DNA of 60,943 nt, filler included, from Sphacelaria rigidula (lineage: Eukaryota): the NCBI GenBank assembly GCA_964200075.2. It is 6 parts of 6 records of this genome, joined end to end, with 100 filler letters (N's around TTAATTAATTAA, not from the genome) between each part and the next. Parts side by side here need not be neighbours in the genome. Positions count along the whole stretch, not along the records: positions 1 to 10,074 come from CAXNAA020007199.1; positions 10,175 to 20,248 come from CAXNAA020007200.1; 4 more parts are not named here. One strand, given 5' to 3'. Of this stretch, positions 1 to 11,568 are shown in pieces; the first letter of the stretch is position 1; every line of letters starts with the position of its first letter. The notes below the pieces were generated by a model. It ran no database searches. It saw only the letters and a program-made list of their open reading frames with translations, and was not told where the DNA came from. The position numbers and the translations under genes were made by a program.

Positions 1-99
1 ACAAAATCCATTTCCCTCGCATCCAGGCCTGCTTACATGTATCAATCATTGAGTGTGAGTATATTCGATTATACTGTGGCCCTATACCGAAACTGGTGC

Positions 100-1740
100 C
101 GCCGACCGAATACATCGATCGATAGCCTCTCAACTCTATCGATGCGATAATGGCTATCAATAGACTGTGCCGAGTCTATTAATGACGGCGATGGCTATTG
201 ATAAAATGTGTACCACATCTTTGGATGGCGACAATCGCTATTGATGGATTATATGTACAACATCTATTGATATCAATGAATATTGCTAGATACATACCAG
301 AATCAAAGTGCGACAAAAAAAACAGACATAATCTACTGCGGTATACAATGCATGCCTATCAATTTCCCTGCCGTCTGTTGCCACACCTACTTTGCAACAT
401 ACTGTGTATAGAGCATATTATACTCTGTTGAAGTGCAGTAGAGAAGCCGTAGGTGAACATGCAGTGGGTATATGATGATACCACTTGTGAAATATGCTGT
501 CCACGATTCTGCAAATTTGAAACGGTTGTATGTGGTAGGAATCCGCAATATGTGTGGACAGCAGTTTACGAGTTTTGTTGTCGGTGTGGTGTTGGTACTC
601 AGGGTTGTCCCTCTGGTGGACATGACTACTACCATACTACTTTTGTGCGTAGGTGAGGTGTGATCGTACACTGGACATTAGACAATGCAATAGAACATTG
701 CCGCTGCAATAGTCCCGGAATTTTCGCAGTCAACAGTCGTTGTCAGTGATAAGCGACTGGCATCACTGTTTATCGATAGGTATTGTGAGCGAGGACAAAT
801 CCGGGACAAAGGACAGAATGCATCATTGCCGTGACACTGGAGTGGTCAAGTTGTCTGTCGATACAAGTCATTTGTTGTAGTAGGTACTGAATTACGGCCA
901 TCGATGTCTACTGCTAATCGCAGTAGGATCTGCAACGCGGCCACCACTACATTTTGTTGGCCACAACAGGATCTAGACCGCGCCCACCAATGTCTATTTT
1001 TGCTGGTCACGATATAATCGGAATCGCGGCCACCAGTTTCTGTCGCTGGTTACGATAGAATCCGGATCGCGGTCACCAATGTCTATCGCTGGCCACAATA
1101 GGAGCTGAACGGCAGCGATCACTAGCTATGTATGCACATTCTTCGATGGATGTTTTCATGTTATTCCACAGAAACTATAGCCAACGATCGTGTGAGGGGT
1201 ATTGCCGTTGACGCCGGAAGACAACTGCAATGAACAACATATTTATCGAATTGCCGCTGATGACATAGCACCACTGCAGCGATCAACATATTGATCAAAA
1301 CCTATCGTTGGCGTCACTGACTATCCATAGATGCTCCCTAGAACCTTCGGTTGTTGACGGCAATGGCTTTTGATGGATACCCCAGAATCCGTTGTTAGCT
1401 GCAGGGGCTATCAATAGATTTTTCACCAAATCTTTTGATGACGGCAAAGGCTACCGATAGATGGCTCACCAAATCTATTGGTGACGGCAGTGACTAAATA
1501 ACGATGGATGGCTCACCAAACCTAGTGACTACGGCAATGGCTATCGAGATATACATCTCAGAATGTATTGCGATATACGATGTCCATCGATCACCGTGAT
1601 CTTAATCTAGTGCAATTGCCATAGACCATTGATCGACTCTTGCTACATCTGTTGACCCTTACAATAATATCAATATATGTGTTTCACCATCTATTGTGTT
1701 CGACAATATATATAATATAATCGTATATCGATAGGTGTCC
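100..1740. repeat. Degenerate ~42-45-bp tandem-repeat arrays
   Basis: Units like TCTATTGRTGACGGCAATGGCTATCGATAGATGGCTCACCAAA at ~135-305 and ~1300-1590; a second unit type (GGATCGCGGYCACCAATGTCTATCGCTGGYCACRATA) at ~925-1105. Confidence 0.65.
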
Positions 1741-4129
1741 CCCCGCGTTCATTACTGAAGCATTGGACTATTGTTGTGTCCATTGTCCAGTGTGTGGAAT
1801 TTAACGGGACAAGAACATGCTTGAAAACGTTTACTGCGGGGTCGAATTATACCCGAAACCGTCGTGTTTCGGTGATGTGAGATTGCCCCGTGTCCAGGGC
1901 GCTTCCAATTTCAACTTATTTCGGTGTTTGTGACTTTGCGGTCTCGGACTGCGGGGGTGAAACCGGAGTGGTCTCGGCTGGATCTTTTTACTCTAAAATG
2001 AATGTCTGCCGCACGCACCCGGGGTATGGTGATGTGTCGTTGCACGGAAGCGTAAAGTTGTATTGAAGCATAAATCGTGTTCGTGTTATCGCCGTCGCCC
2101 TACATTCGCAAGGGCCCGCAGTAAGCCGGCGCTGAGACGCGAGCCGTTTCCCAGCAAATTCCCGCTAGATCGTCCCGCACCAGCCCTAGCCACTACCATT
2201 CCTATTTTGAAGTACACATACACGACTTGCTTACCGGTATGCCATAGACTATAAGTTGAAAACTGCTGTTTCTCGGGCAGACAGGAGATGGTGTCAAGCG
2301 TCAAGCAGCAGCACGCTGGGCCGAGGGGCCCCATATCGGGAAATGACGGCATCACCACCCACCAGGGTCGCCAAAACCTCATTCTGGGGCTGTAGGGTGG
2401 GAGGACGGGACCCTTGGGCACCCTATTCGAGGAGGGGGGGGTGCCCCCCTGATCGATGGATAATGGCGATAGTAGTTGCTGTGTGTGCGCGCATCGATCT
2501 TCAGAGCACAGATCTATGTACAAGTACGGTACAAAAAAATTAGTGATCGCTGCTGTGTTTGACGCTGCGTACCATCCGCAGCATGACGCGTTCGGCGGTA
2601 CTACCTGCTCACTGCACAGCTATGGGTGCGCCTGACCCCCAACATGAGCAAAGCAAGTGTCACCGACCAAAATCACGAAAAGACATGAACAGGTCGACTT
2701 TTACGGCTTATCCGGGCTCGTGGGGTAAAATGCGCATGACGTCATCGGAAAAGAATGACATAGAACCAAAATTCACAAGGAGACATAGCGGAATACATTC
2801 GAAGAGTCAGAACCCTAACGTGGCTATGACTGGCATTCCAGCGTACCGCAAGCGCGGACGAAAAACGACGCAGTGACATGCGATGTATCAGAAAAAAGCG
2901 AATGGGACGGGGGAACAAAAGCAAACGTAAGGCAGCAGACACTTAGCAGTTCAGCTGACGCTGTTAGCCCTGTCTCCCGTCGTAGCCTATGTCTTGTCGT
3001 CCCAGCAGTCGCAGTTGCGCAGGAAGCATGCGAAGTTCTCTGCTCAGGTGTTGGCGAATGGCGTCTATCGCTTTGGTCACGCTAAGAATACGCCAGACAA
3101 CGCCGCTAACCTTGCGCAGCCGCTCCCAAGGGGTCCGCAAAACAAGGACGCTGAACCACAAGCAGCATCCAGGCCCCCTGCACCTGCCCAAGACGAACTC
3201 TCAGGTACCTATACATTTGTAGTACGTCTGTGTTGTCTTTTGGACATACTGCACATTTCGATCACAAGCAGGGTGGCAGCGATTTTTTCATGAGGCCACG
3301 CGGCAAGGGATTCTGGCGTGAGTGGGACGCCCAGCATATTTTTGCCTCGCTTGGACAAGCTAAGAATGTAGCGAGCCGGATTCATCAGACGGGACATCAT
3401 CTCTAATCGATATCGAGGGATGAGGGTCCAAGGCGTGATTTTTCCGTTAGGGGTATGACGATACGATCGTTTGTGGTTTGTCCATGCTGTTAGCGTAGAA
3501 TTTGAACATAAATGTAATCGAACAAACTTTTGGGGGGGATGCGGATCGAAATTGGGCCAAGATCGTGTGATTAACATGCGACGAAGCCATATTATGTACT
3601 GCTGAACTTCAACGTGGCCGTCCCTTGGACAGATAAGGGGAGTACACAGTCGCCGGGTGTGTGATGTAGGCTGGGCGGATGTTGGTCGACCACCTCGTCA
3701 TGTTTTGAGGAGCTTGATTTATCGGATGTCATCGTTCCGCATTTTTGGCGGACGAATGACTCGCCTTGTGCAAGTGTATTTGGTATTCCGTATACATGAC
3801 GTTTCATGTCATGAACATGATACTTGATCGGACGGACTCGAAAGATATTTGTGTTTCAAGAGGGAATGGAAACAAAACGTCGCCACGTGTGTCACTCACC
3901 AGTGCCGATTACAACAGACGCGTGTCTTAGGACGGGTGGGTCAACTGAAAGACATGACTGGGGCTTCGGTGCCGTGTGGCTTCAGCAAACGTGGGCCGAC
4001 GACTTGCTGCTGTATTTTGTGCCGTCTTGATGACGCAGCATAGTTTACAATCCGGGAGGGTAAGTTAGTCCATCTTCATTCTAGTGTAGACACCGGAATC
4101 CGGGTCTTTGAAGGGGGCTGTGCTCTTAG

Positions 4130-4290
4130 CGTGCTCCTAGCGTGCGCAGAACACGTTTTTGTCTAAATAGGCGCCTGGGGCGCCGATTTGGGGTCTAGCA
4201 ACGCACACTGCGCCTAGAGAACACTCTGCACACCCCTTGCCCGAGGGTTCTCGTCATGCCATCATTGGGGTTAGGGTTAGGGTTATGGTT
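4130..4290 (+). repeat. Dispersed repeat ending in (TTAGGG)-like telomeric motifs
   Basis: Aligns with 19005-19160 (AGCGTGC...GGCGCC..TT...TCTA..AACGCACA..GCCTAG...TTGCCCGA..GTTC); ends GGGGTTAGGGTTAGGGTTA. Confidence 0.55.
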
Positions 4291-4567
4291 CGTTCGCTTC
4301 GCTGCTGCAAGGTCACGGCGATTCTTGCTTGCTTCCGTGCGACTCACTCATCCCGCCTGTTGGAGTATGCGGCCATCGCGTTCAGCACACTGGTCGTTTT
4401 TTTTCTCGTACTCTTTCCGACGCGCCAGCTTACTAGGTGGCTTATATTTCTCATTCCGTTTGCCCATAGATGCCGTCAAGTGACATTAGATACTAACGTA
4501 CATTATCGATCAGATACTAACGTACCCTATCGATGGCGCGGTGATTGCGCGGTGCGGGAGAACGACA

Positions 4568-4620
4568 GGTGGAGACCGCGGAGTCCAGAATAGGTGGGAC
4601 GACAACACACACAACACACT
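4568..4620 (+). mobile_element. 3'-end fragment of tRNA-derived SINE family 1
   Basis: GTCCAGAATAGGTGGGACGACAACACACACAACACAC matches the 3' ends of the copies at 59732-60085 and 31141-31508. Confidence 0.6.
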
Positions 4621-5522
4621 AATTCTGCGCAGAACACTTTTGAAATCGTGTTCGTGCTGACTGTAGAAATATTTTGTCCACGGTTGGGTTCATTTCCATA
4701 TATAATGCAGAGTCTGGTACATTGCCACTTTTAATGTAACGGAGGGCCTGGTACATTTCCACATGTAAATGTATGTGATGTTACTCAGTGATGCCGTGAA
4801 AAAACTCCGCCACATCTGCGCGGACTGCAGGTGAGGCAATCGCCGAAATATTCACCTGCAAACTCTGCTCCAGTGCACTGTGAGTTGATATCGCTAGAAG
4901 GACACTACTATAACCACCTTGCCGGCTGCCAGACTGTCAGAACGTATGATCCGCTAGCATTGCTACTGTCTGTACGGGGATGTTGCCCCTTTGTCGGATA
5001 CGTTTTGGAGCATGATAATAGATGTAGATAATCCTTGTACATGGGCACCAAACGCTGAGATTCTTACTCAAGACTTCGATTTGGGGGATGATACTAGGTG
5101 GGCAGGAGCAACTGCTGCGTGTCCAGGTGCCCCTTGGAGCAAGATGTGTTTGGTTTCTGTTGGACAAAGTTATCCCCAAAACCGAAATCGATAGGATTTT
5201 TAGAGTGGAAACATCTCGGAAAACAAATGTCGCAAGAATCGAGTCGCAAAACTCCTGTCGCAAAACTCCTGTCGCAAAAAACGGAGTCGCAAAAACACGG
5301 TTCGTCGAATTTTCACCCGCAGCAGAAACCAAATACACTTCGTGAAACTGAAATTGGAACTGATGATACGCATGAAAGACCCAGGGAGCCTTCTTACAGT
5401 TTCCCCTACATCTGTCGTAGAAAAACTCAGATCGCCCTCGAACTTGACAGTTCCGTAGGTATTGATGCGCCAAATAGAATGATTGTATTGACAATATTTC
5501 AAACTTCCTACGTTCTGTACCG

Positions 5523-5984
5523 TGTCATGAGGACGCGTATTAGCCTGTTGTCATACCGCCTCAGACCCGTTGATGAGTCCAGCTATTGCATTTCTGGTAT
5601 TCTAAGGCCTGAGACTGCAGGTCTGTTCAGAGTTGGTCATATACGATTGTGAACTTGTATATAGCAAGGATAGAATGAAGAAGCGCTTGAATGCACGGTA
5701 CGCATCAAAGTACTACCATCTACTGCCTCTTTCCCAGCAAAGAAGTCTAACACCGGTGAGACTGACTGACTGAGCGTGAGATTGGATTGATTGATTGGAT
5801 ACTGGAAGGTTGAGATCAAGCAGAAAAGAAGAGATACTGCCTGCGCGTGAAATATTGGTATCTGTCGGACACGTCTGTGCGAGGAGGTGTTTGTTGTCTA
5901 GCCTGGCTACTCAGTTGGCGGACTGGCTTCTTGCCTTGCCTAGTGTGCCTGTGCTTGCCATAACAGCACCGCGACCCCATTATA
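5523..5984 (+). repeat. 5' LTR of family A
   Basis: TGTCATGA...CATTATA (CATTACA in the other copy); end-to-end similarity to the reverse complement of 51975-52415. Confidence 0.85.
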
Positions 5985-5986
5985 TT

Positions 5987-6003
5987 TGGCGTCGACGGTA
6001 GGA
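5987..6003 (+). promoter_or_regulatory. Primer-binding site, probably tRNA-Ser
   Basis: TGGCGTCGACGGTAGGA 2 nt after the LTR; its complement TCCTACCGTCGACG-CCA resembles eukaryotic tRNA-Ser 3' ends (G discriminator). Confidence 0.7.
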
Positions 6004-7827
6004 CACCACATTACATTTGGCGTTTGACTGAGGAGTCTCTTCTTCTGCAATTGCGTTTCCCTTCTGAACACCGACTGCACCCCTGCTTCTCGAGCTGCGC
6101 GCGCGTGGCTTCTTGTCGGCGATCTGTTCCTTGTGGTCTTTGATAAAGGTGGTTAAACCTATGTCGCTGCTTCCGGCTTGCTAGATAGTCAGTTCTTAGA
6201 GCTTTCCCCCTGTGTGTTACCACGTCATAGTACTTGTGACTCGCGACTCTTGCTGCTTGCTGCAGCGTTTGACTGCACGCCTTGTGCCACGCTAGGTCAA
6301 CGCGATCGCACGCCAGCCCCGCTTTGCTGTGTTGTTGTGTATTTTGGGAAATACGCACCTGCACTTTTCACTTCACTTGCGTGCTACCTACACAGCGCAA
6401 CCTTCTTTGTTCGTTCAGTACAGCACGGTCACACGCCCAGCCATCGCTGCCTCGCGTACTTGGCCTTGCTGCCTCCCTCTTTTCTGGCAGGACAAGTGTC
6501 CTACCACGGGTTTATTACAGGAAACGCTACACAGGGTGCATCTTTGCCCACAGTCAGCTGCTGTTCCTGACCTGAGCCCTTTGCCAAGTCAGCAACCTGC
6601 CGCTTTCACATTTCAGTATCGATTGAACACGGCCCATCGCATCTTTTGTGTTCACGGGTCGTCGCGTAACACAACCCGTGCTTCCCCGACAGGTGACCAC
6701 GAACATCTGTACTCGAGATTCGTAGCCGTTCTGGCACTTTCGCTGAGTCGCGAAATACTTCACTTGTAGCTAGTTTGTTGTTGTTGTTCTCTTCTAGTGT
6801 GCTTCGCACATCTGTAGAGCGGCGCCGTACATCACCGCAATAATTACCATTACACAGCCTACCCGGCTGGGAGATTTCATCACTGAACCTCCCTCGACCA
6901 AAAACAATTCATTGTTCCGAGACCGTTCCGTTCGCGAGAATACGCGCCTGTAACATTCCAACCTACCAGGCGCCTGTTGTTCTCCCCCACAACTCAGTTG
7001 TTGTGGCGATTTCCACAACTACGCTCTAGTTGACACGCCACATTAATAAATTCCAGACCTACGTTACCTGCTCACTCGGAGCACCGGCACTCAAAACCAG
7101 TGCCCCTTTGGTGTGTGACTCTTTTTCGTGACACGCCCTCAGCGTTGCCTCTGCTGCACACTACCTCCACTTTGTTTGATACACGTACGTTGTCACCACT
7201 GCGTTGTGTGACACACCTTCGTGCTGCACTACGCCGCCCGATCCTACGGTCTCCATTTCAAGCTTTTGTAGAAGCTTTTGTGCTGCCCTACGCCGCACGA
7301 CCCGTCGGTGCTCATTCCGATTTCTTTCTAGTACCGCCAGTCGTTTCTCAGCTTGAGCTGGGAAAATACAGGTGTGGCTTGCCCCTGACGCCGACACCGT
7401 GAAAACGTGTGATTTGTACTACGTTCAGGTACCAACGCCGCTACAGTCAATTGGATTCGTGCATTTTTCGCCGCCGTGCATCTGTTCTGTGCGCGATCGC
7501 GAGCTTCCGTTGCTAGCTCTTACCGACATAACTTAGATAGTTGTAATAGGTCAGACCTCCAACACTGTTGTTACGTACAGCAATTAGCTTGACTAACAGT
7601 ACTCGAGTTCATCAGGTTCCCAACGAAGGTCCCTCTAGGCGCTATTAGGCTTCATTATCCCGTATTTCTGGATACAAGCTTCGGCCGTTGTACCTAGCAT
7701 TTCTTAGCGCCCCGCTCCTTTGATTGGAGCCCGACGACCACACACCCTGCTCCCTCTTTTCTAAGCACACAAGTTGCGTGCGACTAGGTTCATGTCGCAC
7801 AGAAATAACGTCGACTCTTCCCCTTAA

Positions 7828-10010
7828 TTGGGAAATCAACCGCTTCGCCGGACACGGAGCCACACTACTGGTGGTTCGAAATCTTTAGATATCAGTAACG
7901 CGTCACCTTCGGCTACTCGAAGAACGTACGCGAGCGCCGCTCGATTTTCCGGATCTGAAGACCAACTTTTGAGCGCTGCTTATCCTTCGGGACTTGAAGA
8001 AGAAGCTATGACGCCGCGACCTGTTTTCTCCAAAACCGAGTCGGACTCAGAGAACAGGACTGTGCCACCGGCTGGGTCATTGGCTCCTGACAGACATGTC
8101 AGTGAACGCATAACGGTGGATTCCGTAGCACCCCCCTCGCTGCGGCCTGTTCTTCCGGGTCCCGATATGGAATCCGAAGACAGGAGTGTGCCCCCAGCTG
8201 AGTCGTTGCCCCTAGAGACACAGTCCAGCACGACCCTGTAACGGTTGCTTCAACCGTGGCACCCCGTCGAACGACAGTTGACAAATTTCGAGACGACTCA
8301 GTCCCGACGAAGCGTATCGATTCTGGAGCAAGATATTTTGTCACGCAGGTTGCTTCCGCTACATACCCCCAATCGCACGACTCTCGGCAGTCCAATGCAC
8401 TCTGCTTCGCGGTCCAGCGTTTGACCAGCAGTCGCAGCCATGCATTCTGCCCTGCAGAATTTGCCTCGCCCTTCTTCGGCGTCAGCGCACACGCCAGTCC
8501 CAGTTTTAATCGAGGCATTCACGGCTTTTGCCAGGCCGCGTTCCAAGACTAATCGTCCTCTGCTCACGTGCAATTCAATGATGACTCTGCACCTACCGCG
8601 CCCAAACCCGTACGTCTGGCGTCCCGATCGACGACACCGCGCTCTCCGTTCGTCTCTCATGAGACTTTCAACGAATACGAGTCCAGCCCCTCCTCCACTT
8701 CGCACCTAAGTCTTTCTCGCGTTACTGGACGGCGCCGCACACCGACAGTTGGTCACGACCACGTCACCCGTGCTGGAAGCCCCAAGGACAATTCCCGGCA
8801 CAGCTCTATTGATCGCGCGTTCTCACATGCCCGACAAACGTCGCTCATGGCCACACATACGAAAGTAGTTCACGGCACAGCTCTAATTGATCGCGCGCTC
8901 CCATGCGCCCGACGAATGCCGGCCGCGACCGTACTCACGAGGATAATTCGCGGAACAGCTCGAATTCATCATGCGCCCAATTGCGCTCCAAGAATTTCAA
9001 TCACGCCACCGCGCGCACCCCTCCTGCTTCACCTCGGTCACGCCGCCGTCATTTACGCAATGATAGTACCGTACATGTTGCTGACATTCAGGATATAGTT
9101 TCGGACATGTCGCCGGCTCTTAAATCCTCAATAGAGGGGTCCAGCCGTAATTCATCGCACAACCGACGAACCAGCACTGACCGCGAACCCCCGTCCCGCT
9201 CTGATGCTGCTGTCATTTGCTCTCTGCAACCACAACTCGTAGATCTCAAGCGAAGACTCGCCAAGACCACCATGAAAAACGAAGGAGTACCCGCCGCCGC
9301 TGCTGCCGCCACCACTGCCGCTGCCGCCGCTGCTACCACGGCCGTCGCGCCTGCGGTCACAGCTACTACCGTCACGGTCCCCACCACAATTGCCGCCCCG
9401 TCTGCCGTCGACACCGACGCTGATATTGGGCTCACAACTGATTCCGTCACGGATGTCCCCGTGTCCGCGACTCCGTCTGTGGAAGATCTCCCTCCGCTCG
9501 GTGACGAGTACTGTCCAACTGGCCTCCTCTTGAGGCTCTTCAGGAACCATCCCCGCGCGGAACAAATGGCGCTGGTCAAGAATTACGCCTCGGAAGCGCC
9601 AGCGCTTGTCAAGGATATCCTCGATCAGAAACGCCAGGCTGACGCCGCCGCTACACGTCTCCTCGCAGAGGAACATGCTAACAAGCAACGGGATCTTCAG
9701 CGGCAGGCCTCACACGCCCAAACGACGAACATGGCTGCCCAACGCACCTTTTAGGAAGGTCGAACTGCTGCCATGACGGCCCAGAGACAGGTGCGGGACC
9801 TGGAGGACCATGTCCGACGGACCGCTCACGACGCAGCTACGTCGGTGGCCCGCCTGACCAACCATCAGGCCTCTCCGCCGTCCGCCGTCCGCCGGCAACC
9901 TGCTCAGTGGTCGCCCTCCTAACCCGCCTCCGGCCCACACAACCCAGTCCAAGACTGTCCAGTCGACTGACAAAACCCCACGTAAGTCCGACCAACCGTT
10001 GAGCATTGCT
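7828..10010 (+). pseudogene. Frameshifted N-terminal part of the long Gag-like ORF of family A
   Basis: Chain of S/T/R/P/A-rich ORFs (7828-8241, 8256-8552, 8568-, 8903-9754) homologous to the minus-strand ORFs at 57428-59566. Confidence 0.65.
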
Positions 10011-10074
10011 ACGGTAGGGGTGCACTTTTTTCGCGAAATTTTGTCTGGTTCAGGGGCTCCTCACGCTTCTAGAC

Positions 10075-10174
10075 NNNNNNNNNNNNNNNNNNNNNNNNNN
10101 NNNNNNNNNNNNNNNNNNTTAATTAATTAANNNNNNNNNNNNNNNNNNNNNNNNNNNNNNNNNNNNNNNNNNNN
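10075..10174. other. Artificial spacer N44-TTAATTAATTAA-N44
   Basis: 44 N, a six-frame stop 12-mer, then 44 N; recurs every 10,174 bp. Confidence 0.98.
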
Positions 10175-10290
10175 TGGCAGTCTGTACATTTGTGTAGGTT
10201 TTGGTGGCTTGTTTTTACAGCGCCGTTGCCACTCGACGCCAACCCAAGAGTCTAGAGGTGAGGGGGGCGGGCGCGTTGGGGGGGGGGGGC

Positions 10291-10991
10291 GATAACCAGA
10301 CAACTGGGGGCCAGTTTGCCCTACATGTGCAGGGACACTTCGTATTTCCTTCTCAATACCCTGCGCTGGAAAGAGTCTTACCCCATGACACCCCCAGCAA
10401 GAAACGCGCATACAAGGCCATTACTTTAGGTGTAACAACCAAACCCCTCGACATATATACTCTGTAAGTATAGCCACAACATATGGGGGACTGCTGCTGG
10501 CGCGCAAGCATGTCACACAAGGTGGCCACACAAAAGCACACAAGACTCCTCTTCTCGATATCAGAACCAGGAAAGGTTTCGAGTATCCCCAACTCCCCCG
10601 TACCCCCCGCTGATGCCTACTGACAACCTCCATTCAATCCATGGCCACGCAGCATGTTTCGATGACACCCATCTCAAATGCTTCGCAGTTCTTCCGCAGG
10701 TGTTGGAGGTAACACCGACACCGCGCCTAATATCATCGGCCGCATACACTAACTTTTTGCAGAGAAGTTCTGAAACACCGTTCACCCCGTCGACGGCCAA
10801 TGATGTGCCGCACCTCCAAGATTTGTTTTGTCATCATCCAGTGCGCAGGAGTATCTCGCTTTGACGGTCATTTTTCTCAACCTCAGATCGCGCTTCACTT
10901 CAATCTCGAGGTACTATTGTACCACCATCATGTCCTGGACTCGACCGGCGAGAACGGAACACACGTCCATCCCATCGGGAACGTCACTTTC
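10291..10991 (-). mobile_element. Probable degenerate non-LTR retrotransposon 3' end abutting a poly-C tract; interrupted by the chromovirus
   Basis: Minus strand ends in hairpins TGTCCCTGCACATGTAGGGCA and AACTGGCCCCCAGTT, then GGTTATCG and a long C-run; removing the chromovirus restores the reading ...RVVRVVGFESDVPDG. Confidence 0.4.
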
Positions 10992-10995
10992 GAAT

Positions 10996-11249
10996 TGTAG
11001 CCAAATGATACCAAGCCGTAAGGTTTCAGTACAACCGCATGTATGATTGGAGCAGTGGTAGGGGACAGGTGATCCTGGATTGGTGGCCCTTTTCTGTGTG
11101 CCCCCTTACTATTTGGCTCGTGATCTGTAGATGATCACTCCGAGATAATGACAAGTTAGAAGAAAGGACTTGTCGAGCACGAGGCCAGTGATACTAGGGG
11201 AGTCCCTCGTTGAAAGTTCTCTTGATCAGATCGTCTGGCAGAGGCTACA
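10996..11249 (+). repeat. 5' LTR of family B
   Basis: 7-bp terminal inverted repeat; about 10% divergent from the 3' LTR (~26 mismatches by eye). Confidence 0.95.
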
Positions 11250-11304
11250 ATATCTACCTAGATATTTCGCGCATTTCCTTGCCTGGTTCCGTAGGTTCGT
11301 TCTT

Positions 11305-11566
11305 GAGTCATCCTACGACAGGGGGGGGGGGGGGGGGGGGTTTTGTTTGCAAGAAAAAAGAGGCTCAAAAAGGTGTTAGGCGACCTCCCCCCCCCGCGGG
11401 GGCGTTGTTTCTGTTCAAAGCGGTGTCGATCGGTATGGATGAGTGTTACGTATATATAACAAGCTCATTCGGGCAACCGTTGCTGCTTTCAACGACGATT
11501 TGACTTGAAATTTCGCGCAAGAAGTGGCCCAAAATACCCCCCCCCCCGCCTATCGTAGGATGACTC
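11305..11566. mobile_element. MITE with GAG...CTC termini (Sola-like)
   Basis: TIRs GAGTCATCCTACGA(C/T)AGG followed by G/C runs; flanks TCTT/TCAT. Confidence 0.8.
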
Positions 11567-11568
11567 TC

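Larger units (their letters stand above)
5523..10012 (+). mobile_element. Ty3/gypsy family A, 5' part (5' LTR, PBS, long leader, degenerate gag N-terminus)
   Basis: LTR homologous to 51975-52415; 8285-9990 aligns with the reverse complement of ~57700-59672, whose copy carries a CCHC knuckle and a gypsy integrase tail. Confidence 0.85.
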
